A stretch of 61,698 bases of DNA, the filler included, from Basidiobolus ranarum (lineage: Eukaryota), in assembly GCA_040143965.1 (NCBI GenBank). It is 21 parts of 21 records of this genome, joined end to end, with 100 filler letters (N's around TTAATTAATTAA, not from the genome) between each part and the next. Parts side by side here need not be neighbours in the genome. Positions count along the whole stretch, not along the records: positions 32,449 to 35,288 come from JASJQH010002930.1; positions 35,389 to 38,226 come from JASJQH010002931.1; positions 38,327 to 41,163 come from JASJQH010002932.1; positions 41,264 to 44,099 come from JASJQH010002933.1; positions 44,200 to 47,034 come from JASJQH010002934.1; positions 47,135 to 49,969 come from JASJQH010002935.1; 15 more parts are not named here. One strand, 5' to 3'. Within the stretch, counting starts at the first letter, position 1; the number at the start of each line of letters is the position of its first letter. A program made the translations under genes and the position numbers. Below, piece after piece: positions 34,221 to 48,589 of this stretch. The notes beneath the pieces were generated by a model that saw nothing but the letters and a program-made list of their open reading frames with translations, was not told where the DNA came from and did not search any database.

Positions 34221-35288
34221 TAAACACCACAGGGTGTAATATTTATTTAAGAAGTAGATAAATAATCTCTAAATAAATAAGCCAATTTAGCATAAGATGC
34301 TAACAATATATGTCAAAGTCAAAATATCAAGAAATAAGAAAGTATGGAAATACTCTGGTTAAATGAAGACCTCACAGTTTACTGTATCCCATAGATGTTG
34401 AATAACAACATCTAGTGGAGGATGTAGTTCAACTGCCTGTTCACTATAATAATTTCTTGAAAAGTTGTTGACTAGAAGAGAGCAGAGTTTTTCAGCAGAC
34501 TGGCAAATCTGCATAAAAGTTCCTTTTTAAAACAGAAAGGTGCAAAAAGAGGGCTATCAATATGCTGTCTGAATGTGTGATCAAAGAGATCCCACTCAAG
34601 ATGATCCTTGACCTCTCCAATGAAAAGACCAGCAATATTAGTGGCAAGCATAACTTCTAGTAGGTTTCTGGAAATATATTGAAGGTTGATATTTTTGGCA
34701 TGTATATACATAGCTCCTTGAGATAATTTCTTTGCACAGATGTTGGAAGATATCCTGCATTGCTGAAGTAGCATACAGTCCAGTTGGTTGCAGGAGTAGT
34801 ATTGGTGGTACTAGGAAATCTTTTTTGTTTTTGGAAGAGGCTTGCATAGATGGCACTTTGATTGTCTTAGAAGTTAAGCATGGCTGAGTTTGAGGTGCTT
34901 GAGAGAAATTCTGGGAAGAGGCCAGACAAGGCCTTTGAGAAATCTGTGATTTCTGAGTGAAGAGTGGTGCAGGAATAGAGGCAGGAGCAGCAGAAGAAGG
35001 AGAAGGACTAGCAAATTTGATTCAATAATAAGGGAGTTGAAGTTCTGAGGGTGGGTAGGGGGGGAGACAGTCACCAAAAGGTGAAATCTTTATTTCAAAC
35101 AAAACAAAGAAGCCATAACTACTTTTGTAGTTTCTTAACTAATGTATGGAGATCTGGAGTATTTGTATGAATGTTGTAAAGCAGAAAAGTTAAGTCAGTA
35201 GAATCTAAGACACTGTTAAGTGGAGTGGGAGGGAGTAACAAAGGTAAAAATGGTTTGTCAACAATGGAAATTAGTGGAATGAGACTAG
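34212..35288 (-). repeat. Unclassified CpG-depleted repeat with a conserved end motif
   Basis: GGGGGATGA..CACCACAGGGTGTAAT.TTTATTTA shared with 43989-44026; essentially no CpG over about 1 kb. Confidence 0.5.
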
Positions 35289-35388
35289 NNNNNNNNNNNN
35301 NNNNNNNNNNNNNNNNNNNNNNNNNNNNNNNNTTAATTAATTAANNNNNNNNNNNNNNNNNNNNNNNNNNNNNNNNNNNNNNNNNNNN

Positions 35389-37400
35389 CTCCATATAGAT
35401 CTCTTCTTCTATATTTCCATTCAGCAAGGCTGTTTTTACTTCCATTTGATGTGAATCAAGGTTATGGATGGCTGAGAGTGCCAGAATTGATCTAATATGA
35501 GCTAAATTTAGCTTCTAGAGCAAAAGTTAAAATAAAATCAACACCTGGAGTCTGGGAATACCCTTTTTCATCTAATCTTGCATTGTACCTTTCTCTGGTT
35601 TCATCAGGTTGATTTTGACTTTATAGACCCACTTGCAATCAATTGGCATTCTCCCTGATGGAAGAGGATTTAAAACCCACATTTTGTTGTCCTGAAGTGA
35701 AGAAAACTCAACTGACATTGCTTTTTCCCACAATTTTGATTCTGGACTATCAAGAGCTTGATATAGAGTCTGTGGCTTGACACAGAATGCTGCATAAGCA
35801 TGTATATCATCATTGTAAGTGTTCCACTAGTGTTCTGGCTGATTTCTCCTTCTGAATGATCTTTGGGGTCCTGCATCATCCTCCAATGTAATTGTGAATG
35901 AAATTTTGGTTGAATAGAGCTCAGATACAGCTGGAATTTTGTCAGACACTTCCAAAATAGTGCTTATTGTGTTTTCTGGATCAAGACCCATGAATTGAAT
36001 CAAAAAATTTCCTTTTCATCAAATATCACATCTCTGCACTTGATTAACTTCTGATATTTGGTATCAAAGAGGCTGTAAGCCTTAGATCCATCAAAGTTAC
36101 CAAGAATATGCATTATCTGCTTTTGGGTTCCAATTTAGCGCACTTTTGAGCTGGAATTTGGCAATGTGCTGTGCAACCAAAGATCCTGAGATGATCCGCC
36201 CTTGGTTTTGATCCATGTAGGGCTTTGAATGGAGTAGAATCTTGTAGCAATCTGGTTGGACATCTATTTTTGATATGGACTGCAGTGGAGAGGGATTCAG
36301 CCCAATATTGGTATTCTAACATTTGATAATGTAGCATTGATCTTGCCATCTCCACCTTGGTCGTATTAGCATGTTCTGCAACAGGCCCACATAGGTCAGA
36401 ATGAACCAGGGCAAAATTCTGCATCAATTTGATCTCCCCAGAGTTTTGAGAATGGCTGTCTGTGATGATTTCCATTGATGCAACCTTTATATAAATCCAA
36501 TTTAGTGATATTTCCATTTTCTAAGCCTGAAAAAAGCTAATTTTGGATCATTTGGGTCAGTTTTTTTTCCCCAATGTGGCCTAATCTTCTATGCCATGTT
36601 TGAGAGCTTATTTCCCCAGTTTTGGCCAAGTTTGCATGCTCAGGATGCAATTTGTTCATTTCTGGCTTGTACAAGATTTGAGTTTTGAACCTAGTAGCTA
36701 ATTTGGTACCATTTGGATATGTGATAGTGCATCCCACTTTACTGAACACAAAATTTAGTCCTTGACTAGTTGCTTGGCTTACTGAGAGTAGATTCTTGGC
36801 TATATTGGGTATATAGAATACATTATTAAATTTTCCAGATCATGTAGCTGAATTTTGTTTCAATTGAATACAACTGTGCCTTTACCAACTGCATCTAGTG
36901 CATAATCATGACCTAAGTAGACTTTACTTGATTGGATTAGTTTAAGCTAGAAAACCAATATTTCCTGTTTGACATAAGCTGGGAAGCTCTGAATCAATGT
37001 ACCATGTTTCTAAGTCTTCTTTAGTGGTTACTGATAGGGCAGACACAAATAGACAATCCCTATTATTGCTTACTTGATTTGCTTGTTCCAATTTTAGCTT
37101 TTTGACAAAAATCTATTTTCTGCAATCTTTGATCATATGGCCTAGTTTCTTGCAATACTTGCAGATGATTGATTTCCTATTAGAGGGACCATTGTTGAAG
37201 ACTGTTGGAAATTTTACAGCTCCAAAAAATGCCTGATCTGCATTATTTTGCTGACATTTAGATCTCCTTAATTTCTTGTTCAAAAGCCTAGCACTAGCAT
37301 ATTCCATTGTTATTGGCTCTGATCTTGATTTTAAGGCAATTATGTGTTTCCCAAACTTATCTGGCAGGCTCCCAAGTAGTGTCATGACAAGGTCATTGTC
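35389..37400 (-). mobile_element. Ty1/copia gag-protease-integrase-RT, degenerate
   Basis: CKYCKKLGHMIKDC, WYIDS, WHRRLGH, HSDLCGP fused directly to VAEHAN (integrase core deleted), HLRIFGC, QMEVKTALLNG. Confidence 0.92.
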
Positions 37401-37523
37401 ATTGAGAGGTGCTACAATGGATGAGGGCTGATCTGCTATAGTTTCATCCAATTTATATGATTAAGCATAGTATCATCAGAATTCATATAAATTGAGAATA
37501 ATTCTTGCCTAAGCTATAGCCTA

Positions 37524-38226
37524 TTAGCCAGACTTACTTTTCAGATTATTGTAGTGATATCCATTAAGTATATTGGTAATAACATGAGCTTTATTGTGAG
37601 TATTTTGGTATTGGATTAATGATCTATCTTTGAGTGATTTCATCAAAACTTTTAGGTGGGGAATTAATGGTATATAAGTCAAATATGAACAAAATTTACC
37701 TGATTCAGTGATTGCCCATTGTGTGCAAAAAGTACATGACTTCAGGTTTTTCAGATCACCAGTGAAAGCCAAACAACCATTTGGATATGAAGGTAGTTTA
37801 CCTACTGAAAGATTATAAGTCCTACAATTGACAAGTATTTTCCACTTGCACCAGGTCTGTGGCAAGCAACAGTTACCACTCAACTGTGGTAAAAGCGTAA
37901 GAAAACCAATAAACATCTTGTTGCTTTGATGTGATTGAACTCTCCTTTCTTCAGTTATCAAAGCTGCTCCCTTTACTGTCAGTGTTATGAGTGGACTAAT
38001 GCTGGCCAGTAATGAAGAGTCCGTAACAAAACCGCATCTTCTTTTTCAACTCCTGACATACTACCATCAGTACTGGAACAAATAAGATCTGCATTAAGAA
38101 GTATGTTGTCAAAGTTGTCCGGATTTACTGGTTTGACCAAAGTTGCATTTCTATCTACATCATTCTGGTCATATAACTGTGGTATTTCCATGGTATCATG
38201 ACTTTTGGCAGTGTTACCAAAACTTT
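37524..38226 (-). mobile_element. CACTA-type transposase N-terminal fragment
   Basis: PNGCLAFTGDLKNLKSCTFC; homologous to 1-460 and 20830-21470. Confidence 0.8.
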
Positions 38227-38868
38227 NNNNNNNNNNNNNNNNNNNNNNNNNNNNNNNNNNNNNNNNNNNNTTAATTAATTAANNNNNNNNNNNNNNNNNN
38301 NNNNNNNNNNNNNNNNNNNNNNNNNNGGAACCAACAGCTACTGAAAAGAACAAATACGAAGTGATTCGTTGTCGTTGAGTGCACGATAGAGCTCGCATAT
38401 TATGTTTTCAACTTAAAGCCGCGTATTTTTTCTCCAATACGTTGTCTCTCCACACACCGTAAAACTGTCCTGGAGGTGTCCCCAAAAGAAAAGATTCAAG
38501 GTTAGAATATATCCAAACGGTAGCGCCTGTCATTTCTGTTTTCCAATTAATTGGGGTTTTTATCACACCAATAGGATTTACTAGTCCAATAAATTCTTGG
38601 GGCTTCGCGGAATTCCCTCTATGACCAAAGTAACTCCTGAATATCTCATTCGATCCACCATTCTCACGAGATCTGAATTCTGTTTAGATTAAAGCTTAGA
38701 CTAAGCGAACTTCTCTGATGAAAACTAATCATAGGTTCCTCTCTATTACACAAGTACATTGTGTGTCAACCATACATTGGAAACATTATTTATATATTTA
38801 CCAGATGATAATAAATAAAATGGGAAATTTATAAGATATTTGTAACATATACAAAGGGAGTATGAGTC

Positions 38869-39269
38869 TTATTCCTTGAGTTCGAACTCTTTGATGGTCA
38901 AGGTAACAAGATGCAAGAATTCTAAAAAGGAATTAACCGAGACACGTAACATACGTACAGTATGGCATTGAAAGGAGCTAAACAAAACAGTAAAAGCAGC
39001 TTGTATAAATAGACTTTCTTCTCAATCGAACTAACTGTTACTTACACTAAGAGTTGGTTATCTTTAACCTCAAGTACACGCAAAACCTGATCCTCCTTCA
39101 ATTCCTTGTCAACATTGAGTGTATTTTTGGCGATATCAGCCTGTTCAGGTGATTCGAAAGTAAAAGTAAGATTCCTAAGATGAGTTTCATTAGTGATAGT
39201 TATGACTAGCATTTAAAAAAACTGTCGACGTTCTGCGTACATGGAATGTTCCCAGCTTGTAGTAGACAT
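38869..39269 (-). CDS. PCC1: KEOPS/EKC complex subunit Pcc1 (88 aa); exons 39269-39241, 39174-39046, 38977-38869
   Basis: Splices to MSTTSWEHSMNLTFTFESPEQADIAKNTLNVDKEL...VRMLRVSVNSFLEFLHLV. Not present in the ORF track. Confidence 0.9.
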
Positions 39270-41263
39270 GATCTTTGAAGCTCTATAGTTAGGTAACAAA
39301 ACAAGCCTGAAAAGAGGGCAAAAATATTGAGCTTTTCTGAATACAAGAATATGATAAATTTACACCAAAAAAAAATATGCAAAAAGTATAGATTAACTAA
39401 TTATAATATGATTTGATTTTCAACGTGGCTAATTTGACATCCTCATCAGGTTACCATGTCACTTCCCAATTTTCACATTCATCAAACTCTGACACACGTA
39501 ACTATCTTGGTTAACATTCCAAAAATATAGGAGGACTGTATTCAAGCAACAACGACAGACATCAAATTCTTACCATTAGCGATGATTTCTAAGATACCAA
39601 CACTAACTCAATGCAGATTGAATTGACTTACGTTGATGCAAATGAGCACAACTATATACTTCCTTTAGTATTTGATAGGGAAATAGATCCTTCTGGGATA
39701 AAAACGAGCATTTGCAACACCAACCTTGCACTGCTTGCCCAAAAACTAATTCCCGAGAAATGGACGACTCGTAAAGAATGATGCGGAGAATATTTTTTAA
39801 CAGAATCTCGTGTACGATAGTTGATGTCTCATAGCGAAATGGAGTGCCCATGGGTAAGCAGGCTATTTGATTTGAAATTATTTGCGTGTTTGAATTAATT
39901 GTTACCTATAGCCTAAGACGAGTTTTCGAATATCTTCTGTCGAGGTAGATAGAAAAGGCCCTGACGAAGCTTTAGATATTGAAATTCGGTTTTGAAAATG
40001 ATTATACACTAGCGTGATAAAGGGTTCACAGATTCTACTTGGTGATAATTGATTGATTGTGCTTAAATTAACTTATGATGACCAGGAAGACGTTGTAGTA
40101 TGGATTTTCATCTCTTATTGGATTTCTAGAACACATTTTCTGTCTTCCTCCACTCTTGTCAATGTTATGATCGAGTGGCCAAGATTTATATGTGTAACAT
40201 AGTTGAAAGGAATATGGGGAGTAAGCCACACTCATTCACAACATGTAAGAGATTTGTTCGAGACAAGAAGGGGCACTATCTGTCCACACAATAAAAGAGT
40301 TTCATTACAAGTGACAGTTGTCTTTCAGAATCAACAAATTTGACAAGCAAAAGCATGTATATGATTCAGAACTTGGTGATTGTGAATCCTTGTGTGTGTA
40401 CTCCAATGTTCGGATCCAAAGGTTTCTGCAAAATTCCCCACCAATTCTTCCGAAATCAAGGGATTATTTGGTCCGCATCATGAAAGAGGCTTTCCTGACA
40501 ACATATGCTTTCATCAAAGACCTGAGATGCACTTTCGCCTTCCCACATTTATTTGACTTGCAAATAGACTTTCATTTGTGTGTAAACTCAAGTACGCTGG
40601 ATACCACGAGGCCTAAGGAAGCCAGTGAGTGATTGCAACTGTACCAAGACTTGGCCAGCCACCGAACTCAATGAACGAGCTATTGTATATCCAGCATGAT
40701 CCGCACAGATGAGCTCTGTAAGCTTGATCCTGTATGGTATAGAACTGCATACAGCCTCATGTTTGAAAAGAGCTCACAAAGGATTCATCCACCAACCACC
40801 TTTCTATGTTGGGACCGGGACGCAACCGTTAATCGCTATTACATAGCCTCAATTATCCAACGCATACAGTTAACAAAGCATCATCAATATTCATATTGGT
40901 TCTTACTCTCAATCGCCTTGTCTTTAATCTGACCATGTATTAATAACAAGGTGTATACTTGTTTCAGATCTCTTCAAAGTTTCAACTGTTTTAATGAGAT
41001 ACAGGGACGCAATCTAGGCTGAGGAGAGGACATTTATGTTGACTTGGGCATGTTTATTCTAATTTAACCTGTCCTCCCCTGCCCTGCTCTGCCTTGCATT
41101 AATTCAATTCTATTTAATTATATAGATCTTGGATACACCCTGTTACTGAAGTCCCATCCCTTTNNNNNNNNNNNNNNNNNNNNNNNNNNNNNNNNNNNNN
41201 NNNNNNNTTAATTAATTAANNNNNNNNNNNNNNNNNNNNNNNNNNNNNNNNNNNNNNNNNNNN

Positions 41264-41385
41264 CTTACTGTCCTTATCTGTCTTAAAGTAGATCCCAAAA
41301 TCCGCCGTACTCTTTTGGAAATCAAGTGATTCCAAGTATGAGTCTATCTACTGCATTCTACTTTGATATGCAGTCGGAATAGTTG
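41264..41385 (-). mobile_element. Copia RT fragment
   Basis: Near-identical to about 56605-56720. Confidence 0.7.
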
Positions 41386-42786
41386 AATGGGAAGAGTTTA
41401 TATACTTTTACTTGCTATACTCTCTGAATTCTGTCTATACTATATTGTTATCATGAACTCTAAGTTGAAAGGTGCCTACTCATCAATAGTCCCCATATAA
41501 ATAAGCACATTTCTGAATTTTTCCCTTGTGGTTTGTCGTAATGGAGGCTTATACATATCAGTTTTAAAAGGCTCCCAGAAAGTAGCCCTACCTATCAGTT
41601 GCTCTGAACTTGGCAGACCTAATACAAGGTCAGGATCCGATAGTTTACTGGTGTACTATGCTACATTTCCCAATAATCTCCACATATGATACCTGCATTA
41701 GTACTGGTAGTTCTCGATGAATACAATATTTTGACTAATCTACAACAGCAGTCAATATCAACTTGTTAATAATATATGAAATATTATAACCGATATATTG
41801 AGGCCAAACACTTAAACTATTGTTGAAATGGAATATCAGTGTTCTTCATCTAATGTGGCCAGTGAGATATCATTTAACTGACTGGTAGGACTAAGCTCCC
41901 TTTCACTCCCCGATTGGGTGCAAATGTATCCGAGAATCTTGCATAACGCCATAGGTCCGGTTGATGGGATCACCAATCGGATTCATCTCAGAAAATAGAT
42001 AAACTTACCCTACAAATAACACATTTAATCTTGGATGGCTGGAACTGTGTGAAAATAGGGCATTAGATCAATCTTGGACAATTCGCCGGGTTCTACAACT
42101 TCAAACGTCAATATGAAAATGGATGGCTTCATATTTTCATGGCGATCTCCGAAAGGCTTGGATAATGTATTATGCAGTCATGATTACCGGAAAAACTCAT
42201 ATCAAATATGACTAGTTTCTATCTAAATATTAAACACCCAACTTGGGTTCAAGCATCGTATGAGTTCATCCTTGATTTCCGCCATTAAAAACAGCACACG
42301 GCCGTCCTCATGTTTAGAGTGGATTCAGATAAAAGTATGATGACAAGTACTTTTTCAGGACAGATATGCCGCGCTATATTACCGATGTTGTTACTTATCG
42401 GAACTAAAATAAGCAAACTAATGCACATTACTAATCTCCATATGTGCGGGTTACTGGTTGGATGGGTTTTGAGCAAACAAACCTGGAAATCAAGCTAAAA
42501 AATAAGGCAGTGATATAAGGTGTGGAGGCCACATGTTATTTCATCATTATACTCTGAATCATCTAGTGAGCGTCATTGTAAGCTAAAAACCCAATTGGCA
42601 ATGAAAAGACAGTACCTAAGTCATGTACTAGAGCAAGAAACAAGGTGGCGCGGATCTGTATATGTTCTATTCATTTCACTTAGTATGCAGGCAAATATAG
42701 TCTTAACAGGCCAGACAGCCTGTCCACCGAAGTATAAAACCATGCATTTCTGACGGGTAAGGTAAAATTCTCTAACCATCGATAAA

Positions 42787-43930
42787 ATGTCTGCTGCTGA
42801 TCTTTCACAATTCACTGTTGGAAATCTGTTTGATGTTTCTGGGCGTGTTGGCTTGATTACTGGGGGCGGAAGGGGGTAAGGTCTTATTTTGCTTCACCCG
42901 TTTGTTGGATTATTAATTTTCATTTAGTATTGGCCTCATGATCACAAAAGCACTCGTAGCCAACGGGGCTAAGGTATACATCGCAAGTCGTCGTCTGGAG
43001 CTAATTGAGAGCATTGCCATCGAACTGACAAATATTGGACCCGGTACATGCAAGGCTATTCAAGCAGATCTTTCATCTAAACAAGCATGTGAGAGTCTAG
43101 CACTAAGAGTCGCTGATCATGAGCAACATCTAGATTTTTTGATTAATAACTTGGGGGTGGCACACCTTGCGCCTCTAGAGCAGTTTCCTGATGAACATTG
43201 GGATCAAGAATACAGGCTTAATGTCATATCTGTGTTTCAGTTAACAATCGCGTGAGTGTGTTGAGTATGCAGTAATAGTGTCTAAGCCATGCTGATCATC
43301 ACTTTCGTGTTTAGTTGTCTGCCTTTATTGGAAGCATCGCAGCGTCAGAGCGCTGATCCAGCAAGAGTTATCAATATTGGATCAAATGGAGGTAAAGTTC
43401 AATTCATTGTGTTGCATCTTGGAAGGACTTATCCCTATATATATATTTATATCTAGCCTTCATTCACAGTCCTAAAATCGAAGGGTTCTCCTACCAGAGT
43501 TCGAAAGCAGCCATCAATCATTTATCTTCGATATTATCTTCGCATTTGGCTGGTAGGAAAATAAATGTAGTGTGCGTGGCTCCAGGAATCTTCCCAAGGT
43601 TTGTTATCTACTATTGCCTTGATACTATCAAATATTTGTGTGTGGTCGCGTTGACGTTGCTAACTAATACTAACAATGGCAAATATATTAATAGCGAAAT
43701 GAGTGCAGATCTTGATGTTTGTGGCCCAGAGTTTTTGAGGGGTATTCCACAAGGTAAAAATATACTTTTATTTCTTTATCAATTGACAGATGTTCACCTT
43801 TCCTTTTTTAGACCGTTTAGGCAATGAAACTGATATGAGTGGCTTGGCCATATTCTTATGCTCAAAGGCAGCAGCGTACATTAACGGTTCCACCATCATT
43901 ATTGATGGTGGTGCCATACTGTGGTTGTAG
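42787..43930 (+). CDS. Short-chain dehydrogenase/reductase, multi-exon
   Basis: TGGGRG|IG NAD(P)-binding motif, LINN, RVINIGS, YQSSK catalytic YxxxK, VAPGIFP, YINGSTIIIDGG; several GT-AG introns. Confidence 0.9.
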
Positions 43931-44199
43931 TCATGTATAGCACGATACTAATGTTCACAATGGTACTATTGCTGGCATGTTTTTTTTAGGGGGATGAAAA
44001 GCACCACAGGGTGTAATCTTTATTTATCTCAAGTCATACAACACAAATAAACAAAGAAGCCAAATTGAAAGTAAAAGTCAAAGGTTTAGTCAACTAAGAN
44101 NNNNNNNNNNNNNNNNNNNNNNNNNNNNNNNNNNNNNNNNNNNTTAATTAATTAANNNNNNNNNNNNNNNNNNNNNNNNNNNNNNNNNNNNNNNNNNNN

Positions 44200-47034
44200 A
44201 ATTTTGCTGTGGAAACAAATGTTTGCTCTAAAAGATATGAGAGGCCCTACAAATATTAAACTTTCTTCATCAGGTGAGCAGATGGGCTGATGAGCAGATG
44301 ACTCACCATCTGATCAACAGTTCATAAAGCACAAAACAACTGTGGCTGAGACTTAAAATAATGCCTCCTCACTTCTTAAGACATATGTTCTAATCATACC
44401 TAAGTATAGCACCAGTCAAGATCATGCTGATTGGGTGATCCTTTCAATAAGCTGCAATGAGCATTAATACTAACTAAAATACCAATCTCATTAACTACCT
44501 AAGTATATTCCTATATATAAGGCATGTATGAACCTTTAAGATTGTTTAAGGTGGATGTATTTCTATAGTCAAAGTTATTTGAGATGATCTCATCACCATG
44601 TCTATTGATTAGCACAATAAACGCTCATACAGAATGCAAAAACTTAGTACAATCTAATCAGCATATGAGTTAACTAACTACTACACCTAACAATTTTAAA
44701 ATTTAATATTTCATTTCAAGCATCTTGCATTCCAATTGTTTCTTGTCCACATATCCTGAGTAAATCTCATGCAACTCTCCTCCAAGTGTTACCATAACAT
44801 GACTAAAAATAGCATCTGATGCTATGGTTTTGGTTTAATCAGCCAAATAAATGTTTGATAAGAAGTATGCATTTGAGAGAAGTAATAAAATAACTAGACT
44901 TTACCACTGATTTGGTAAATGCATTGACAAGTTACATTTTAGTATTGTCAACAAGCAAAATCCATCAAGTTCTGGTTTACTACTTTTAATTTGAGTTTCA
45001 CCCCTTGCCCATAATAATGTAAAAGGTAAACATAGAGGCTCTACTAAGAACTAATGAAAGCTTGGGACTAATTAGCAACTGCTGCTTTCTTTATGTTGCT
45101 TACACAACTATCAATAATTTATCTGTATTGACTTCCCTAATGGCTGAAGTACCAAATTTTATATTGAGATGAATAACCTTATTAGACTCACAAACTGCAT
45201 ATTGAAAGCATAGCCCTATCATTTTTTACCATACTTCATGACTTTTGAGTCTCTGCTGTTAAAGTTTGCCATAATCATTGTTTCTTGGCTGCATACCCAT
45301 GGCTCATCCTGGTGGTATTTGGCACTGCATACAATCTATTTTTAGCTAGTCACATACCTACATTTACTTGGCATTATACCAATCTTGCTTTACAGTAGTG
45401 CTTTTCATATTTAAAAGATTCTCAAGCAAATTTTTCCCAAATCATTCTTATTTATCATTGTACCTTTTAGCACTTATCAGTGATCTTTATGATATTTTGA
45501 ATGCTCCTTTGGGTATCTCCTGCGTACTTGTTTTCCTAACACCATACCTTCTATTATTTTCCAGCAGTCTTTTTGCTGCTTAAACTCTCTCTTTGGTGCA
45601 TCCCATACCATCTGGTACATAGTGTTCTATCTACTGTTCAATGCCAGCCAGTGTTATCACTGCATAGAATATACTTTCAGTGGCTTCCAACCAAGATACT
45701 TTTTACATCTTTGGTGCTTTCTACGTAAATTGTTGCTGTTGACCTATGCCTTTTGTTATTAGTCTACTGTCTTAATCAATGCTTAGACAATGCTTTAAGT
45801 GGATCTGTATCAATTTTCCCATGTTGCCATGCCATTTGTCATTGGACAGCAGTCTGGAGCACTTCAAGAACTCTTGTTTGCATTGTTTGCCCACCTGATC
45901 TCTGCTTTTGCCAAACACTTCATGATTTCCCAGTAGATACCAAAACAGCATGGACTGTGTTTAAGCTTTCTCATACTCCCAATTTCCTAGCACCATACTA
46001 TTCAAGGCTGGTCACTCATCTTTTGCACTGCGTTGACTTTGCTTTAAGATCTTCCCATAGTCATTGTTACTTGGCTCCATTTGTATTCTCACTGGTTGGT
46101 AGTTTTGTACACTACTTGAACTCCCCATTTAGTATTTCTGATATCTATTATTACCTAGCAACATAATTTTCATCATTTGTCAGCTATCTATACTGCTTTG
46201 TAGACTCTACTTCAAGTGGTTCCATCCACATTTTGTCTTGACACAATATAATTGGTCTTTTGCCAGCAACTGTTAGAACTTTGTATCATCTCCTTTTAGT
46301 GTTTGCCACACAGCTTGTTTCATGGAGCTATACCTTTTGTCATTTGTTGTTAGACATATTGGCTGTGTGGACTCTACTCAAGTTCTTGCCATTGTACTTG
46401 TTTCTTAACTCCATACCAATTGTTTTTATCTTTAGCAGTGCATAATGTATAGACTATATGTCAAGGGTTTAGACAACTATACAATTGTGAGTTACTGGTA
46501 GCTTATTAGATGGCATGGACACTGCTCTAAGCACTTCCCACACTCATTGTTTTTTAGCACCATAACATGTATACCTGTTGTTGATTGTCAGTAGTCTTGA
46601 GCATAGCATGAACTCTGCTTTAAGTGTGTCTATACCCAAAGTTTCTTGGCACCATATTGTTTCTCATTTGTCAGCTCTCCTTAGCATTTTGCACATTTAA
46701 GACCAAGTGTTTCCCATACAACCATTTTTTGGAACCCACCCCTTTGTCATTTGTCAGCAATCTTCAGAATTTTGCAAGGTCTCTGCTTAGTATGTCTTAT
46801 TCTACTCCTTTCTTGGTATTTAATCATTTGTGATCAGTTTTTAGTACATCTTATGCTCTACTTCAAGTATAGAGCATACCAGATACTTGGCATCACACCC
46901 AGTATGTATGTCTGCAGTCTTCAGCACTGCAAAGATCTCCCTTGGGTGTTTTCCTTACCCATGGTTTCTCAACACCATGCACCAAGTTGCTTGTAAATGG
47001 ACATATCAGCTGTAAGCAGTCAACAATGTAAGAG
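44200..47034. repeat. Unclassified, strongly CpG-depleted sequence (probable decayed transposon)
   Basis: Only a handful of CpGs in 2.8 kb, strong strand asymmetry, no motif I can recognise. Confidence 0.4.
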
Positions 47035-47134
47035 NNNNNNNNNNNNNNNNNNNNNNNNNNNNNNNNNNNNNNNNNNNNTTAATTAATTAANNNNNNNNNN
47101 NNNNNNNNNNNNNNNNNNNNNNNNNNNNNNNNNN

Positions 47135-47243
47135 CTACTATATAAGTCACCATATACTCTTAAGAATAAACTAACTAAAACTCACTATCATAAGTTGCTT
47201 CTAATACTCAAAGTCTACCCCATTATGTCAAGATCCTCCAACA
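47135..47243 (-). mobile_element. LTR family D end fragment
   Basis: Ends CCTCCAACA; matches 8341-8450. Confidence 0.65.
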
Positions 47244-48352
47244 AATACCCGGAATATATTATGTGTATGGTAAACCTCAGAGATAGGTTATGTGAGAAGA
47301 AAAAGGTGATTACTTTATTAAACTGAATAGAACTTTTATTACCATTGAAAGTCAAGAGAATTCAAGTCACAAGTATATTCCAGGATTTTGAAGTAGATGA
47401 CACTTGGTGCAGCTAATTAGTTTGCAAGTTACACTTGCTCATTAAATATATCAGTACCTACACTTTGGAAAATTTAGATTAAGCGAGGTTTACTGTTTAT
47501 CTGCAAGAAATTTCCGAAATTCAACTGTAAAAGTATTTAGCTAAGATTTTGAAAGATAATATTTGAGAAGAAAAAACATCGGCAGATGTCACATATTCAC
47601 CAATACTAAATCTCATATATAGACTGAGGACTTCCTACCCTAATATCTTTTATTGCTATAGTACCACAATAAACTTTGAATGTAAACCCATTTGAATATT
47701 CTAAATACCCATTGAAGGTTTAACAATGTCACCAAGATATATGTATGTGCAGATGTCAAGAGTGCTGAGGTGCCTATTTGAGATATGGTATATAATAAAC
47801 TCTGTTGATGAACAATTCAACCTATAAATTGTCATTATATTCTACTATTGGTAATGACTAAAGAGATGCCACAAGAGCCATCACAGTCCTATTTAAAACA
47901 TTATCCACACTCTTTGATGCAGAATAAATTGAGAATGATGGTTCACCTAGTTTAAGATATAATCGACACGCTTCAACCACGATTCTGAGATAAACTTGCA
48001 GAGAGCAGATTGGAATTTTAACGCTTCATTTCTGAGACATCTCACCAATTCTATATAGTACCATGTGGAATATTCGATCATTGAATCACACTTACTTCCA
48101 ATTTTAGTCATATCTATCAGTCATCATCCAGACCTTGAAAATGAATTTATCTACTTTTCCACGTATTAGTTTAAAGAACGAGCATGATGGTAATGAAATT
48201 GAATCTATAAAACCTACTCTGATTGATTGTTCTAGATTCATGATCATGATCACCCATCCTAAACCACTGTTACTAATCAATATTTAGGCTTCTGTAATTG
48301 GTTATAGGTAGAGCTAAGTTCTCCACCACTACATTTAACTCAAACTAGAATT

Positions 48353-48400
48353 TAGGGTGATCTGATGTATCGGTTGTAGGGTGATCTGATGTATCGGTTG
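48353..48400 (+). repeat. Perfect 24-bp tandem duplication
   Basis: TAGGGTGATCTGATGTATCGGTTG x2. Confidence 0.9.
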
Positions 48401-48589
48401 ATTCGCATCACATGAGGTGTTTCCAGCAGGAATAGATGTCAAATAAGTATGCATTTATTAATAGTAACTACTTTTGGTCATTCAGACCGAGTATTAATGA
48501 TTCTATAATAAACAAAGGTTGGGGGAATACATGGGGGGAAAGCGTTTAGATTAGGTTGAAGATTAGGATTATAGTGATGCTGAATACAT

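Noticed and set aside
39580-41040. Possible decayed gene or LINE ORF
   Set aside because: Short broken frames with no motif I can support.
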